Shown here one piece after another: positions 29,645 through 40,629 of a stretch of DNA of 64,000 nt. The stretch spans positions 112,763 to 176,762 of the forward strand of contig JANJXX010000002.1 of the NCBI GenBank assembly GCA_024720975.1, written 5' to 3'. The notes below the pieces were generated by a model. It made no database searches and was not told the DNA's origin. It saw only the letters and a program-made list of their open reading frames with translations. The translations under genes were made by a program, and so were the position numbers. Each line of letters begins with the position of its first letter. Position 1 is the first letter of the stretch. This stretch comes from Thermoproteota archaeon (lineage in GTDB: Archaea > Asgardarchaeota > Njordarchaeia > Njordarchaeales > Panguiarchaeaceae).

Positions 29645-32149
29645 GTGCACTTTCATGCATGTTGCTTCGCCTTTATCGAACTTCCCTCATACCACTCTAA
29701 GGGGTCCTGCTTGGTTTCTAAAAGTTTTGAGCTCATTAAATACCTGTTAGGGGACGACATTATAACTGAAATCGAACACGGCACACACAGGAAAAAAATA
29801 GCTATGAAGCTCTTAGATAATTTACACCTTCTAAGGCTATTTCCACCTCTTAGGGATCTTCTTCCTGCTCTTGCAGCATCTCTCTTCGAGCCCCCTACTC
29901 ATAGATTAACCCTCATAGAAAAATTTATAATAGAAAGAGGGCTACTCTCACGAGTATGGATTAAGGATACAGCCACCGAAGAACTCCTTGGAAAGACCAT
30001 TAAATTAATACAAGATCTTAGTCATGATACCCTGCTGAAGATATTGGCTGTGATCATGAAGAACTACGCTACAACAAGCGAACTAGAATCGCGACTCGAT
30101 CATCTTATTGATATGACTTTTACTCTGTATGCTCGCGCAGGGAAGTTCGATCTAACCGCACCCAAACTTTTTCCATCACCAAAATTTTTATCAGAAATTA
30201 CAAAGTGCAAAGAACTTGAGGCAAATCCTGATGAAATTATTAACGAGGCTATAAGGACTACATGCAGAATCCTGCCCAAGCGTCTGCTTAGTTATTTGGA
30301 CTTTGCACTCAGAATCTTAACTGGTATAAGCTTGAGGGAGCTATCTTCAAATACTATATCTAAGTTACTCTTTAGTGAACGATTGGAAGCCATAAAGATT
30401 GTATGCATCATCGCGATGCTATACGCCGGATCTTTTTCTCCTGATAGATTAAGAGAACAAATCAGGCTAAGCCTGTTAGAGTTTCTCATTCGGGAATACA
30501 TTACATCCAACGACAACATGGTTCATGGCTGGCTAATCTCGTTACTGTTAACGGTGAGCGCATCTAGAGAAGAGCTACTTAACCTTCTAACAATATATAA
30601 GCTCGCTTCAGTCCATGGAGGAAAAGTAATGCTAAGGCTTCTCGAAACATTATTCGAAAACTCTAATGCCTACCTAATTGCTTGCATGCTAATGCTCTTA
30701 ACTGCACATCACAACGATGAACTAGAGGCCATAAGCTCACTTGCAATTTCAAGAAACAGTACTAGACTTAGGCTTATTAACAGCATACTCATTAAATCCG
30801 ATCTTAAACCTCACGGATTGACTGCACCTATCCCCTGGGAGCTATATGGTTCCATCGATAAACTCCTTAGAAGTTGTAAATCAGCGATTACATATTACAA
30901 AAATTTATACATCCAGCCACCAAGAAACTTATTAAGACTTGACAAATTTCTAGAAAGTGCGAATAACATGATAAACCTCGAGCTTGAGGAGACAACCAAC
31001 ATAGAGGAACTCAAGCAGAAACTTGAACTTACGCTAGAAACTCTAAGTAGAGGTTATGCTTTCACTAGTGAAATGATAAGAACCTTTGGAATGCTGCCAG
31101 GATTCTTCCAAACAATTAATGCTGTAAGGAACACCTGTAAAAAGCTTAGCGATAGGTGGGAATACACACTTACAAAGGACTATCTAAATTTAGTCACCAA
31201 GCATCGAGATTTGTTCACGATATCATCTCTTGATGCTGTTCAAAGGGAACAGGAACCTATAATCTCCTTAATTATTGATGGCCTCCGCTTCGATGATCTA
31301 ATTTTGCGGTTACTACCTAAGCTTAAAAAGCGCGGCTTTAGACTCATACAGGGGGGAGCGAAAATCTCTTTGCTACCATCAATAACGACGGTATCAAGAC
31401 GAGCTATAATATCTGGAGAACTTCCCCAGCTGCTAGCCTTCTCTAAAACATCCCTAAAGAGAGAAGACGAAATCCTACTGGGTAGATTCGGACAAAATAT
31501 CGAGTCTTACTACGGACCAGTGGCAACTGTTTATAGCAAATTCTCAGAAAGAGAGTATCACTCAAACAAAGTGTTCATAGTACTCAGTGAGCTCGAAAAA
31601 TCTATGCACGGATCATCAGAAAAAATCCTAGCACATTTCGTGGATGAATATCTACATAGTATCGTTGAACTGATAATGTATCTAGTAACATCGATTACAA
31701 GAAAGCATAAAAAGATACGGATTCTTATATGTTCAGATCATGGTCTAAGCGCATTTGTGAAGTTTTATGACTTATCAATTTTCCTAGAAAAGCTAACAAA
31801 CAAAAAACTCACTGATCCTTCATTGGAGCCGCTAATCAAGGAACGATTTGCCCTCATTCCATTAAGAAACCCGCAACAGATATTAGAAGCCCAGCAAATT
31901 TACAGTTCCGAGGAAGAGTTTCGATACTCGTTTTGGTTATTACCTGCAGATAGTCTTGGCTTCAAGGAAATAGAGTTTTATCTGAAAGGAACGAAGACTC
32001 TAGCGAAAACTTGTCCCTCATCAAGAGTTGTAATAATATTTCCGAAGGGCGACAGGAAACTTATAAGTGGTAAGGGCGCCATATATCACGGAGGTTTATC
32101 ACCGGATGAAACATTTAGCGCCTATGCCTTACTCTCTTATGATGCTTAA
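29645..32149 (+). CDS. PglZ-domain protein (alkaline-phosphatase superfamily C-terminal domain, large alpha-helical N-terminal region; BREX PglZ-like architecture)
   Basis: The C-terminal ~290 aa carry LIIDGLRFDD, then PSITTVSRRAIISGELP (the nucleophile-Thr region of PglZ / nucleotide-pyrophosphatase-like enzymes), then ILICSDHGLSAF (a (S/T)DHG metal ligand) and a terminal AIYHGGLSPDETFSAYAL (HGG.s..E). The N-terminal ~540 aa are Leu-rich and helical. The precise start is uncertain, as the first Met lies immediately after the tRNA. Confidence 0.55.
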   Translation: MHFHACCFAFIELPSYHSKGSCLVSKSFELIKYLLGDDIITEIEHGTHRKKIAMKLLDNLHLLRLFPPLRDLLPALAASLFEPPTHRLTLIEKFIIERGLLSRVWIKDTATEELLGKTIKLIQDLSHDTLLKILAVIMKNYATTSELESRLDHLIDMTFTLYARAGKFDLTAPKLFPSPKFLSEITKCKELEANPDEIINEAIRTTCRILPKRLLSYLDFALRILTGISLRELSSNTISKLLFSERLEAIKIVCIIAMLYAGSFSPDRLREQIRLSLLEFLIREYITSNDNMVHGWLISLLLTVSASREELLNLLTIYKLASVHGGKVMLRLLETLFENSNAYLIACMLMLLTAHHNDELEAISSLAISRNSTRLRLINSILIKSDLKPHGLTAPIPWELYGSIDKLLRSCKSAITYYKNLYIQPPRNLLRLDKFLESANNMINLELEETTNIEELKQKLELTLETLSRGYAFTSEMIRTFGMLPGFFQTINAVRNTCKKLSDRWEYTLTKDYLNLVTKHRDLFTISSLDAVQREQEPIISLIIDGLRFDDLILRLLPKLKKRGFRLIQGGAKISLLPSITTVSRRAIISGELPQLLAFSKTSLKREDEILLGRFGQNIESYYGPVATVYSKFSEREYHSNKVFIVLSELEKSMHGSSEKILAHFVDEYLHSIVELIMYLVTSITRKHKKIRILICSDHGLSAFVKFYDLSIFLEKLTNKKLTDPSLEPLIKERFALIPLRNPQQILEAQQIYSSEEEFRYSFWLLPADSLGFKEIEFYLKGTKTLAKTCPSSRVVIIFPKGDRKLISGKGAIYHGGLSPDETFSAYALLSYDA

Positions 32150-32441
32150 ATCCGCCTTTGGGTTTCTCTTTTTCAGCACCCTCCGTTTTTACAGTCTTCT
32201 TGAGTTTTGATATCAGGGAGATTATATCTTTGAGAACATAGCGCGCACTTTCGCTAAGACCACTTTCAGCTGATACAAGAAGCTTTAGAGCAGCATCTAT
32301 GACCTCTCCACCACATTTGTTACGTTTTACATAACCCTCAAGTGTATGAACACATCTATAGGCACTAATGGAGTCGCCGTCTCTTAATGCATTTATAATG
32401 TCCCCAGCAAGCCCAAGGACGAGCCTCTCCTCACATGTCAC
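32115..32441 (-). CDS. Hypothetical small protein with a strongly basic C-terminal tail; probably co-transcribed with pop5
   Basis: 108-aa ORF whose ATG overlaps the pop5 stop (ATGA). The C-terminus reads KKTVKTEGAEKEKPKGGFKHHKRVRHRR. Its 3' end overlaps the convergent PglZ-like gene by 35 nt. Confidence 0.35.
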   Translation of the reverse strand: MTCEERLVLGLAGDIINALRDGDSISAYRCVHTLEGYVKRNKCGGEVIDAALKLLVSAESGLSESARYVLKDIISLISKLKKTVKTEGAEKEKPKGGFKHHKRVRHRR

Positions 32442-32806
32442 CTAGCAACACCATTAGCAGCTTTTAAGAATTCAATAAAGAGTTTCCGTGCGTTTAGTTC
32501 TTCCTTAAGCTTTCTGTATGTACCGGAACAGTACAAATCATTAAGAATAACCGGTGTTCCCTTGATTTCTCTGAGCAAACCTAAAGCCGTTCTGAGACGC
32601 CTCAAGTCTTCACTTAAGCACTTTATTATGACCAAGCCTCGCTGTTCATCAAAGTCCTCAATATTAAAGATAACATCATAAAATGATCCAAATAGTTCGT
32701 ATATCTTACGCTTAAGCTCCGCAACGAACTCATCCTTTGTTATGGTTCTGCTAGTTATAATCTCTAAAGCTAGCCATCTGTACTTTCTCCTAATCAAAGA
32801 AAACAC
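32438..32806 (-). CDS. pop5: RNase P protein component 2 (Pop5)
   Basis: RRKYRWLALEIITS...ELFGSFYDV...GLVIIKC...LRTALGLLREIKG...CSGTYRKL matches the archaeal Pop5 pattern (RYLAFEI...GE.G......GIIRC....VSGTI). Length is 122 aa. Confidence 0.65.
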   Translation of the reverse strand: MFSLIRRKYRWLALEIITSRTITKDEFVAELKRKIYELFGSFYDVIFNIEDFDEQRGLVIIKCLSEDLRRLRTALGLLREIKGTPVILNDLYCSGTYRKLKEELNARKLFIEFLKAANGVAR

Positions 32807-32874
32807 CTAACAGAGACTTATAATAATTACTAAACAAACAAGAAATTTGCAATTTTCGAGATGTAGATAATAAA

Positions 32875-33789
32875 TTACAGGCTAGTCATTAAACTGAGAG
32901 AAAGCGCGGCCAAGAGAGGAAAGAGTATGTTATCATTAATTGTTATGCGAGAAGCACCATTTATAAAATCAAGTATCGCCACTATTAAAGACGCCGGTAT
33001 GGCAATCCACCCCACGATGAGATAGCCAGCAAGAGAACCTGTGATGAAGTTCGCTAAGAATCCTTCCAAACTCCTATCGTTTAGTGCTATTCTTCTGCAC
33101 TTCTTACCGATTATACATGCAGCCAAGTCAGCTAAAAATGCAATGGCTATTGCTGCAGCAACTATATCATCATGAGGAAAGAATAACAACGCAACAAGAT
33201 AAACTGCCGCTGCTGAATATAAATATGAAGCCAATTGATTAAGTTCTTTCTCCCTTAACAATACACCAAAAATCGCAGGTTTATAATTGAGTCTCAAAAA
33301 CTCAATAAAAGTAAACAGCATCAATAGCGCAAGCGCAACGGCAAACAACAAAAGACACAAAAAGCCCTCATCCCGCTTTGTAATGAATATCCCAAATGTT
33401 GCATATGTACCATCAATGACAAAATTGTATATTTGACGGTAAAGATGTTTTGGAACAAATAATGCTAGGGCAATTAAATGAAAAGTCTTACGCTTAACTT
33501 CATCAATATATGTTTTATTATTTACTACTTTTATCTCGACGCGTCCTGTAGCAAATGTTATGAAAATAACTATAAGAATCACGACTGGCAATATAAAGGC
33601 AGCAGCGATAGCTAGAAAATATTCCTCTGCCGGCGTGAATGGATTCATTCGAATAATATAAAGCAACCCCCACATCATGAGACCTACCAGAAACGCTTCA
33701 CTTTGAATGCTAGCATGCTTCTTTAGGGCTATGTAGCTTATAATCGCTGTCATTAGAACTTGAGCCAGTATTAGAAACACTACTTGCAC
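32875..33789 (-). CDS. Polytopic membrane protein of the CTP-transferase / polyprenol kinase-like family (dolichol kinase or CDP-archaeol synthase-like)
   Basis: About 8 predicted TM helices. The C-terminal DLAACIIGKKCRRIALNDRSLEGFLANFITGSLAGY resembles the CdsA/DolK/CarS catalytic motif (D..A..vGk.fG....KS.EG). Confidence 0.4.
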   Translation of the reverse strand: MQVVFLILAQVLMTAIISYIALKKHASIQSEAFLVGLMMWGLLYIIRMNPFTPAEEYFLAIAAAFILPVVILIVIFITFATGRVEIKVVNNKTYIDEVKRKTFHLIALALFVPKHLYRQIYNFVIDGTYATFGIFITKRDEGFLCLLLFAVALALLMLFTFIEFLRLNYKPAIFGVLLREKELNQLASYLYSAAAVYLVALLFFPHDDIVAAAIAIAFLADLAACIIGKKCRRIALNDRSLEGFLANFITGSLAGYLIVGWIAIPASLIVAILDFINGASRITINDNILFPLLAALSLSLMTSL

Positions 33790-33909
33790 CAGGTCAACAG
33801 TAGCGGCTAAAACTTATCCAAAGGTTTAAAAGTAAAGTCGGGGATTGCGTGATAAAGTCGAATTAGTAAATCTTAATCGTACATAATAAAGGAATATAAA
33901 AACCCAATA

Positions 33910-34191
33910 CTATACAATACTTTTTATAGCCTCTACGATTCGCTTTCCCCTGTCTGTTATCCTTATTGTCCATGCATTAACTCTTGGAGTTATCTTCTTT
34001 ACAGCAATTCTAACAAGACCAACTTCAGCCAGGAGTAAAACTGCCTTTCTCACTGCTTTATACTTTGAAAAGCCCAAGTGAATCAATATGTCAGTGAGCT
34101 TCATTTCCCCGTATTTGTCTAGGAGGTATAGCACTAATACTGAAAATGGCGAAGAGAGTGCTTGTAGTATAAGCTCTAGACTCAAATACAA
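33910..34191 (-). CDS. Small winged-helix transcription regulator (ArsR/TrmB-like), 93 aa
   Basis: Winged-helix-like pattern (LTDILIHLGFSKYKAVRKAVLLLAEVGLVRI...). Transcribed divergently from the ORF-free region. Confidence 0.5.
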   Translation of the reverse strand: MYLSLELILQALSSPFSVLVLYLLDKYGEMKLTDILIHLGFSKYKAVRKAVLLLAEVGLVRIAVKKITPRVNAWTIRITDRGKRIVEAIKSIV

Positions 34192-34502
34192 CCCCCAATA
34201 ATCATAGAGTAAAAATAGTTAGAAAGACTTAAAAACGTAGAATACGAAACATGAGGCACTGCATTGACTCTAATAGATCCCAGAAAAACACAGAACTAAA
34301 GTCTCTTAATGTATACAATAAGACGATTTAATAATAGTCTGATACTGTGAATTTCACAAAAGGGTGTTTCAACCTATTACATTTAGCCAACAAAAATCAT
34401 CAGTAAGCACCCTGTATAACAGACATCAACTTCACAAGTGCCACTTCCTGTGAACAAAACTTGTTAACTTTGCGAATCTATTGAACCTAGCTAGCATCGT
34501 TT

Positions 34503-34521
34503 CTCCAGTGGAAATGGGGGG
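34503..34521. promoter_or_regulatory. Origin-recognition-box (ORB)-like element: CTCCAGTGGAAAT followed by GGGGGG
   Basis: The dyad core TCCAGTGGAAA is followed by a G-string. This matches the ORB consensus bound by Orc1/Cdc6 at origins of Pyrococcus and Sulfolobus. It lies in a ~1 kb ORF-free AT-rich spacer. Confidence 0.45.
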
Positions 34522-35241
34522 TCTTGAAAAAACAGACTAGAATCAGACTTTCAGAGACAATATAATTGCTAGAGGCATATCTGAAAGGCTCAACAGTTTC
34601 TACAAGAACTCAGTGACCCAAGTGAATCCCTGTAGACCCCTGGTCTTCCTATATAGTTAATATCAACATATTTGTGAATCGTGCTGTTATACGTGAACTA
34701 TACGCGAAGCATATCCTAGTTTCACATTCTCTAACTTCCAATAGTGAAGTTAACTATCCACCTAACAGCTTAGATTTTAGTTCCATGATTGAATGCTTCT
34801 TCTCTGTAGAAAGTCGTCTTTGGCGGGGCTTTTTGTTATTGGTGTTCGGATGTTATTGGGTGCTTCAATGGAATTTAAGGGGTCATCACATTCACTTGCG
34901 AAGATAGTTAGGTAAATAAGGATTCCTGTAAATTGCCCATGGTGGGAGAATGTCGTTGTATTTGTCCTCAGCTGGTGCCATATGTAAGTCAAGTAGCAAA
35001 ATTGTCTGATTAACTGCCGAAGTATGGCATTAATTGATTTAGGAGACTTTCACTCGAGGATAAATTACTGACTCCTATTTCCCTAAAGTATTATCTACAC
35101 TGCTTGCTCATGGTTTTGATTCTGTGAAAGTTAGATAGCTTAGCATATCTATTCGTGTATTCGTTGCGTATAACGTTCGATATACACTTCACTTTAATTT
35201 CACTGCATGATGATTACCATTGGTAATCTTGGTAGGACTAG

Positions 35242-35724
35242 ATGCCGACATTGAATATTAAAGTGAAAGTAGGAGATACTGAGGTAGAAGTTAAAGCAGA
35301 TGGTACTTTGGATAAGGAAACTATTCATGCTATTAGGAGCATCTTAGCCCCTCTCGCGTCTAGAATTCCGTCTGCCGCTGCTGTTAGGGACAATGCTAGT
35401 CTGAATAATAACACTGATGACATTGCTGTAAATAGTCAGGATGCATTTGTGAGGAATGTTAACTTGTATGCCAAATTTAAGGAACTAATGCTTAACGTGT
35501 TCAAGCTTGGACAGTGGTTTACGTCTATTGATGCTAAAGAAGTGTTCCATGATACTTATGGGATCCTTCTGAAGTCGTCAACTGTGACGACATATCTCCG
35601 TCGTATGGAGGATGAAGGGCTACTGACGTCTAAGAGACAAGGACGCCTATTGCAGTTTAGGATTTCAGCAGTTCCTCTCTATGCAACTCTTGCAGAATCG
35701 GAATTTAATGAACTTAAAGCTTAG
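35242..35724 (+). CDS. Hypothetical protein with a C-terminal winged-helix DNA-binding domain (160 aa)
   Basis: C-terminal TYLRRMEDEGLLTSKRQGRLLQFRI is winged-helix-like. The N-terminal part has no recognisable family. Transcribed away from the ORF-free region. Confidence 0.45.
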   Translation: MPTLNIKVKVGDTEVEVKADGTLDKETIHAIRSILAPLASRIPSAAAVRDNASLNNNTDDIAVNSQDAFVRNVNLYAKFKELMLNVFKLGQWFTSIDAKEVFHDTYGILLKSSTVTTYLRRMEDEGLLTSKRQGRLLQFRISAVPLYATLAESEFNELKA

Positions 35725-35731
35725 GTCTGGT

Positions 35732-37347
<1,616 letters not shown>

Positions 37348-37433
37348 TTATCTTAATTCTCCTTGAATTAACTAGCAGTAGTGTTAATTCTTGATCAATG
37401 ATACACTACGTACGCATTGATCGGTGAAAGAAA

Positions 37434-38357
37434 GTGGAGGATGAGGTTAGAGAGCCCGCGGTTGCCGGTTTCTTTTATCCAGGAAGTGTGACGGAACTTA
37501 TGAAATGTTTAGAGTGGTGTTTTAAACATGAGTTGGGTCCTCAGAGAACTCCAGGAGAAGTAGAACCATCAGGTAAGTATAGAATAAAAAGTGCTATAGT
37601 TCCTCACGCAGGATATATATACTCTGGACCTTGTGCTGCTCATGTATATGTTACAATAAAAGAAGATCGTGTGCCAGAGACTATAATTATACTAGGACCA
37701 AATCACACAGGATATGGTGCGCCAGTTAGTGTATTCCCCAGGGGCATTTGGCGCACGCCACTCGGAGATACGAAGGTGGATGACACAATAGCAGAAAAGT
37801 TGGCTTCAATGGAACCTTTCAAAGCTGATAAGCTTGCGCATCTTGAAGAACACTCAATAGAGGTTCAAATACCATTCTTGCAATATGTGCTTAATAAGGA
37901 ATTCAAGATTGTTCCAATTGTCTTAATGGACCAAAGGCTTCGCACTGCAAGAGAAGTAGCGGGAGCCATTTATGATTTGATGCAAGAAGTTGATAAAGAC
38001 ATCATAGTGCTTGCTAGTAGTGATATGAGTCACTATGTATCTCAAAAGTCTGCATATGAGAAGGATTTGAAGGCTCTCGAATACGTTATAAATCTAGATA
38101 TCGAGGGCTTTTACGATGTTGTCGAGCAGGATAATATAACAATCTGTGGTGTTGGGCCCATAGCAGTTGCTGCACTTGTTGCAAAGTCATTTGGTATTCA
38201 AGGTGCGCTCCTTAAATATTACACTAGTGGTGACATTTCTGGGGATAAAACCGCGGTTGTTGGTTATGCGTCGTTAGTGTTTGGAGAGAATCCACCTAGA
38301 ACTGAGAGATCAAGAGTCAGAAGAGAAAAAATAAAGGAGGCTCCATTGGTGGCGTGA
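37434..38357 (+). CDS. MEMO1-family protein (AmmeMemoRadiSam system protein B-like)
   Basis: N-terminal REPAVAGFFYPGS and IVPHAGYIYSGPCAAHVY are Memo-family signature blocks. Confidence 0.8.
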   Translation: MEDEVREPAVAGFFYPGSVTELMKCLEWCFKHELGPQRTPGEVEPSGKYRIKSAIVPHAGYIYSGPCAAHVYVTIKEDRVPETIIILGPNHTGYGAPVSVFPRGIWRTPLGDTKVDDTIAEKLASMEPFKADKLAHLEEHSIEVQIPFLQYVLNKEFKIVPIVLMDQRLRTAREVAGAIYDLMQEVDKDIIVLASSDMSHYVSQKSAYEKDLKALEYVINLDIEGFYDVVEQDNITICGVGPIAVAALVAKSFGIQGALLKYYTSGDISGDKTAVVGYASLVFGENPPRTERSRVRREKIKEAPLVA

Positions 38358-38393
38358 TAGCTCTTAATATATGAGATTTTAAGGAAGCACCAG

Positions 38394-38798
38394 GTGAGCG
38401 CAATGGGCTTTGGTTTGGAGCTGGAAATAAGGAATGTTAAACTTAAGGTGCCAACTGAGCAAAAAGGAGGAATTTCAAGATTGACATCATCGCCATTTCC
38501 ATTTGCTGAGATATTAGTATCTGACGACAAACTCAAGGCGCGGCTTCTTGCGAGGTTCTCCAACCTGGAGGGCTCTGTACCCTCACTAGATTCTATACTC
38601 AGAGCGTTGCAATCCGTGGTTGATTTTGCGGTACCAGTGTTCATACGGGTAGGTCAGTTCTATGAGTTAAAAATTGATCTCGATAAGAAATTAGTTACCG
38701 CGACAGGACTTGCCGATGGAAGAACAAAGACATTTAAACTTGAAGATGTTAGGAGATTTAATCTCGGGGAAATTTGGCGTAGGATTTATGAGTTCTAG
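38394..38798 (+). CDS. Hypothetical protein (134 aa)
   Basis: ORF with a plausible start. No family recognised. Confidence 0.3.
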   Translation: MSAMGFGLELEIRNVKLKVPTEQKGGISRLTSSPFPFAEILVSDDKLKARLLARFSNLEGSVPSLDSILRALQSVVDFAVPVFIRVGQFYELKIDLDKKLVTATGLADGRTKTFKLEDVRRFNLGEIWRRIYEF

Positions 38799-40603
38799 TC
38801 TCGTGTGTAATAGTACTCTCCCCTAGCTTTTTGTTCTATATCCAATCTTGAGCCTATCTTGTTAATTCTTGGCCTATATGTCTCGGGGTCTCTTCTGAAT
38901 GTTATTCCTAAGTATTTTAAAAAGGTATTCATGCCCTCGCGAAGGCTTAGTGGTTTCGAAGCTTGGCCTCTAATTCCTGGTTGTCCGTCGAATACGATTA
39001 TACGATCGCTGAAGTAATCTAGTAAGAGTATATCGTGTTCAACAACCACGATACAACACTGCTTTCTTTGGGCTAACTCCCTTATCGCTTTGGCTACCAG
39101 AAATCTATCCTCGGCTGATATATATGCCCCAGGCTCGTCAAGTACGTATATTTCGGCATCTCGTGCCAACGTTGTTGCAATAGCTACTCTTTGTAGTTCG
39201 CCTCCAGATAACTCATCTAGTCTTCGGTCTAGGATGTATTCTAGATCGAAAGGATTGATAACGAAGTTTTTAAACCATGGATCGCTCATAGCTCTTGGAT
39301 TGACTGATCTAATCTTTTCGTTAACCGTCATCCAATACTCATCCCCAAGAAACTCCTGGAGATATTGAGGTTTGTACGACATTATAATGCCGCCTGGTGG
39401 TTCATAATTGCCCTCATCGGGTCTGATAATTCCTACTAGTAACTTCAGGAATGTTGTTTTTCCGATAGCATTAGGACCAGCAATACCAATAACTTCCCCC
39501 TTGGTTAGTTGTCCGCTCTCAACAATGAGCTCAAAGTCACCTAGTTTTTTCTTCATAGCTGGGTAACTAAGTATAATTTCCTGTCCGATTTCGGGTCTTT
39601 CAAATACAGCCTGATGAAACTTTATGGGTGTATCACGGAAGAGATAGTTCTCAGCGGGATCGTATCCATTTAAGAATACATTTATACCTTCTCTAGCACT
39701 TTTAGGCTTTGAAACTATTCCAAAAGCTCCGGGAGTACCATAGTACAGGCAGACTTTGTCACTCATGTAGTCAAGCATTGCTAAGTCATGTTCGGCTACT
39801 ACAACGGTCTTTTTTTGTTCAGACGATAAGTTATATATTATGTTTGCAATTCGAAGTCTTTCTCGAATATCTAGATATGACGATGGCTCGTCAAATAGAT
39901 ATACGTCAGCATTTTTTTCAAGTGCTATTGCAATAGCTAATTTCTGGAGTTCCCCTCCGGCCAGCTCTGTAGTTTTCCTGTTTAGAACTTTATTGAGGAG
40001 TAATTCTTCAACGATGATATCCATAATACCGCGTTCGTCATGTTTTTCCAGTATATTACGCACTGAGTCTTTAACTACGTGTGGTATTGCGTCAACTTGT
40101 TGAGGTTTGTAAACAATTCTAAGTCGCTTATTGGCCAGCGCCTCGAAATAGTTCTGCAATGTAGTACCTCGAAATCTTTCGAGAATTTCGTCCCAATCTA
40201 ATGACTGCTCATATTTTCCAAAATTGGGTCTAAGCAGGCCCGCTAGTATCTTCAGAGAGGTGGATTTTCCAGTACCATTTTGTCCGACTAGTCCTGTAAC
40301 TTCGCCTTCGCTTATCAAAGGTAATCTATACAACTCAAATTGGTTTGGACCATACCTGAAGATAAGATCTTTTTCTAGAGGGGCTGGTACGCGAGCGATT
40401 TTAATTGCTCGAAAATTACAGGCTCTAACGCACAAACCGCAACCAATGCATAGGCTTTCGTCTATTATAGGAAAGCCATTTTCGTCCGTGTTAAAGACTT
40501 TCTGACCCGAACGCTGTGGTGGACAAATTTTCATACAGTTATATGGGCATCTCTTAGGATTGCACCTGTCATGGTCTATGATTACCACTCGCTTTTCTTT
40601 CAA
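38795..40603 (-). CDS. abcE1: ABCE1 / RNase L inhibitor-type ribosome recycling ATPase
   Basis: N-terminal FeS domain (CNPKRCPYNCMKICP, CIGCGLCVRAC) followed by two ABC cassettes (GQNGTGKST, LSGGELQ, and GPNAIGKTT, LSGGELQR). Length is 602 aa. Confidence 0.9.
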   Translation of the reverse strand: MKEKRVVIIDHDRCNPKRCPYNCMKICPPQRSGQKVFNTDENGFPIIDESLCIGCGLCVRACNFRAIKIARVPAPLEKDLIFRYGPNQFELYRLPLISEGEVTGLVGQNGTGKSTSLKILAGLLRPNFGKYEQSLDWDEILERFRGTTLQNYFEALANKRLRIVYKPQQVDAIPHVVKDSVRNILEKHDERGIMDIIVEELLLNKVLNRKTTELAGGELQKLAIAIALEKNADVYLFDEPSSYLDIRERLRIANIIYNLSSEQKKTVVVAEHDLAMLDYMSDKVCLYYGTPGAFGIVSKPKSAREGINVFLNGYDPAENYLFRDTPIKFHQAVFERPEIGQEIILSYPAMKKKLGDFELIVESGQLTKGEVIGIAGPNAIGKTTFLKLLVGIIRPDEGNYEPPGGIIMSYKPQYLQEFLGDEYWMTVNEKIRSVNPRAMSDPWFKNFVINPFDLEYILDRRLDELSGGELQRVAIATTLARDAEIYVLDEPGAYISAEDRFLVAKAIRELAQRKQCCIVVVEHDILLLDYFSDRIIVFDGQPGIRGQASKPLSLREGMNTFLKYLGITFRRDPETYRPRINKIGSRLDIEQKARGEYYYTRD

Positions 40604-40629
40604 AATACTCGCACCAGGAATGCGATACT

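Noticed and set aside
34674-34992. Two overlapping short ORFs (77 and 71 aa) inside the ORF-free region
   Set aside because: No start-site context, odd composition and mutual overlap. The region is better explained as non-coding, as a candidate origin or regulatory spacer.
35207-35213. TGATGA C-box-like motif near the start of the 35242 ORF, considered as a C/D box sRNA
   Set aside because: No matching D box (CUGA) or C'/D' arrangement at a suitable distance. A single hexamer is expected by chance.
29645-35724. Considered whether tRNA-Leu through the winged-helix genes is one integrated mobile element or a complete BREX island
   Set aside because: No integrase, transposase, direct repeat of the tRNA 3' end, PglX methyltransferase, BrxC ATPase or BrxL was seen. 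Housekeeping pop5 lies in the middle. So only the PglZ-like gene itself is treated as possibly acquired.
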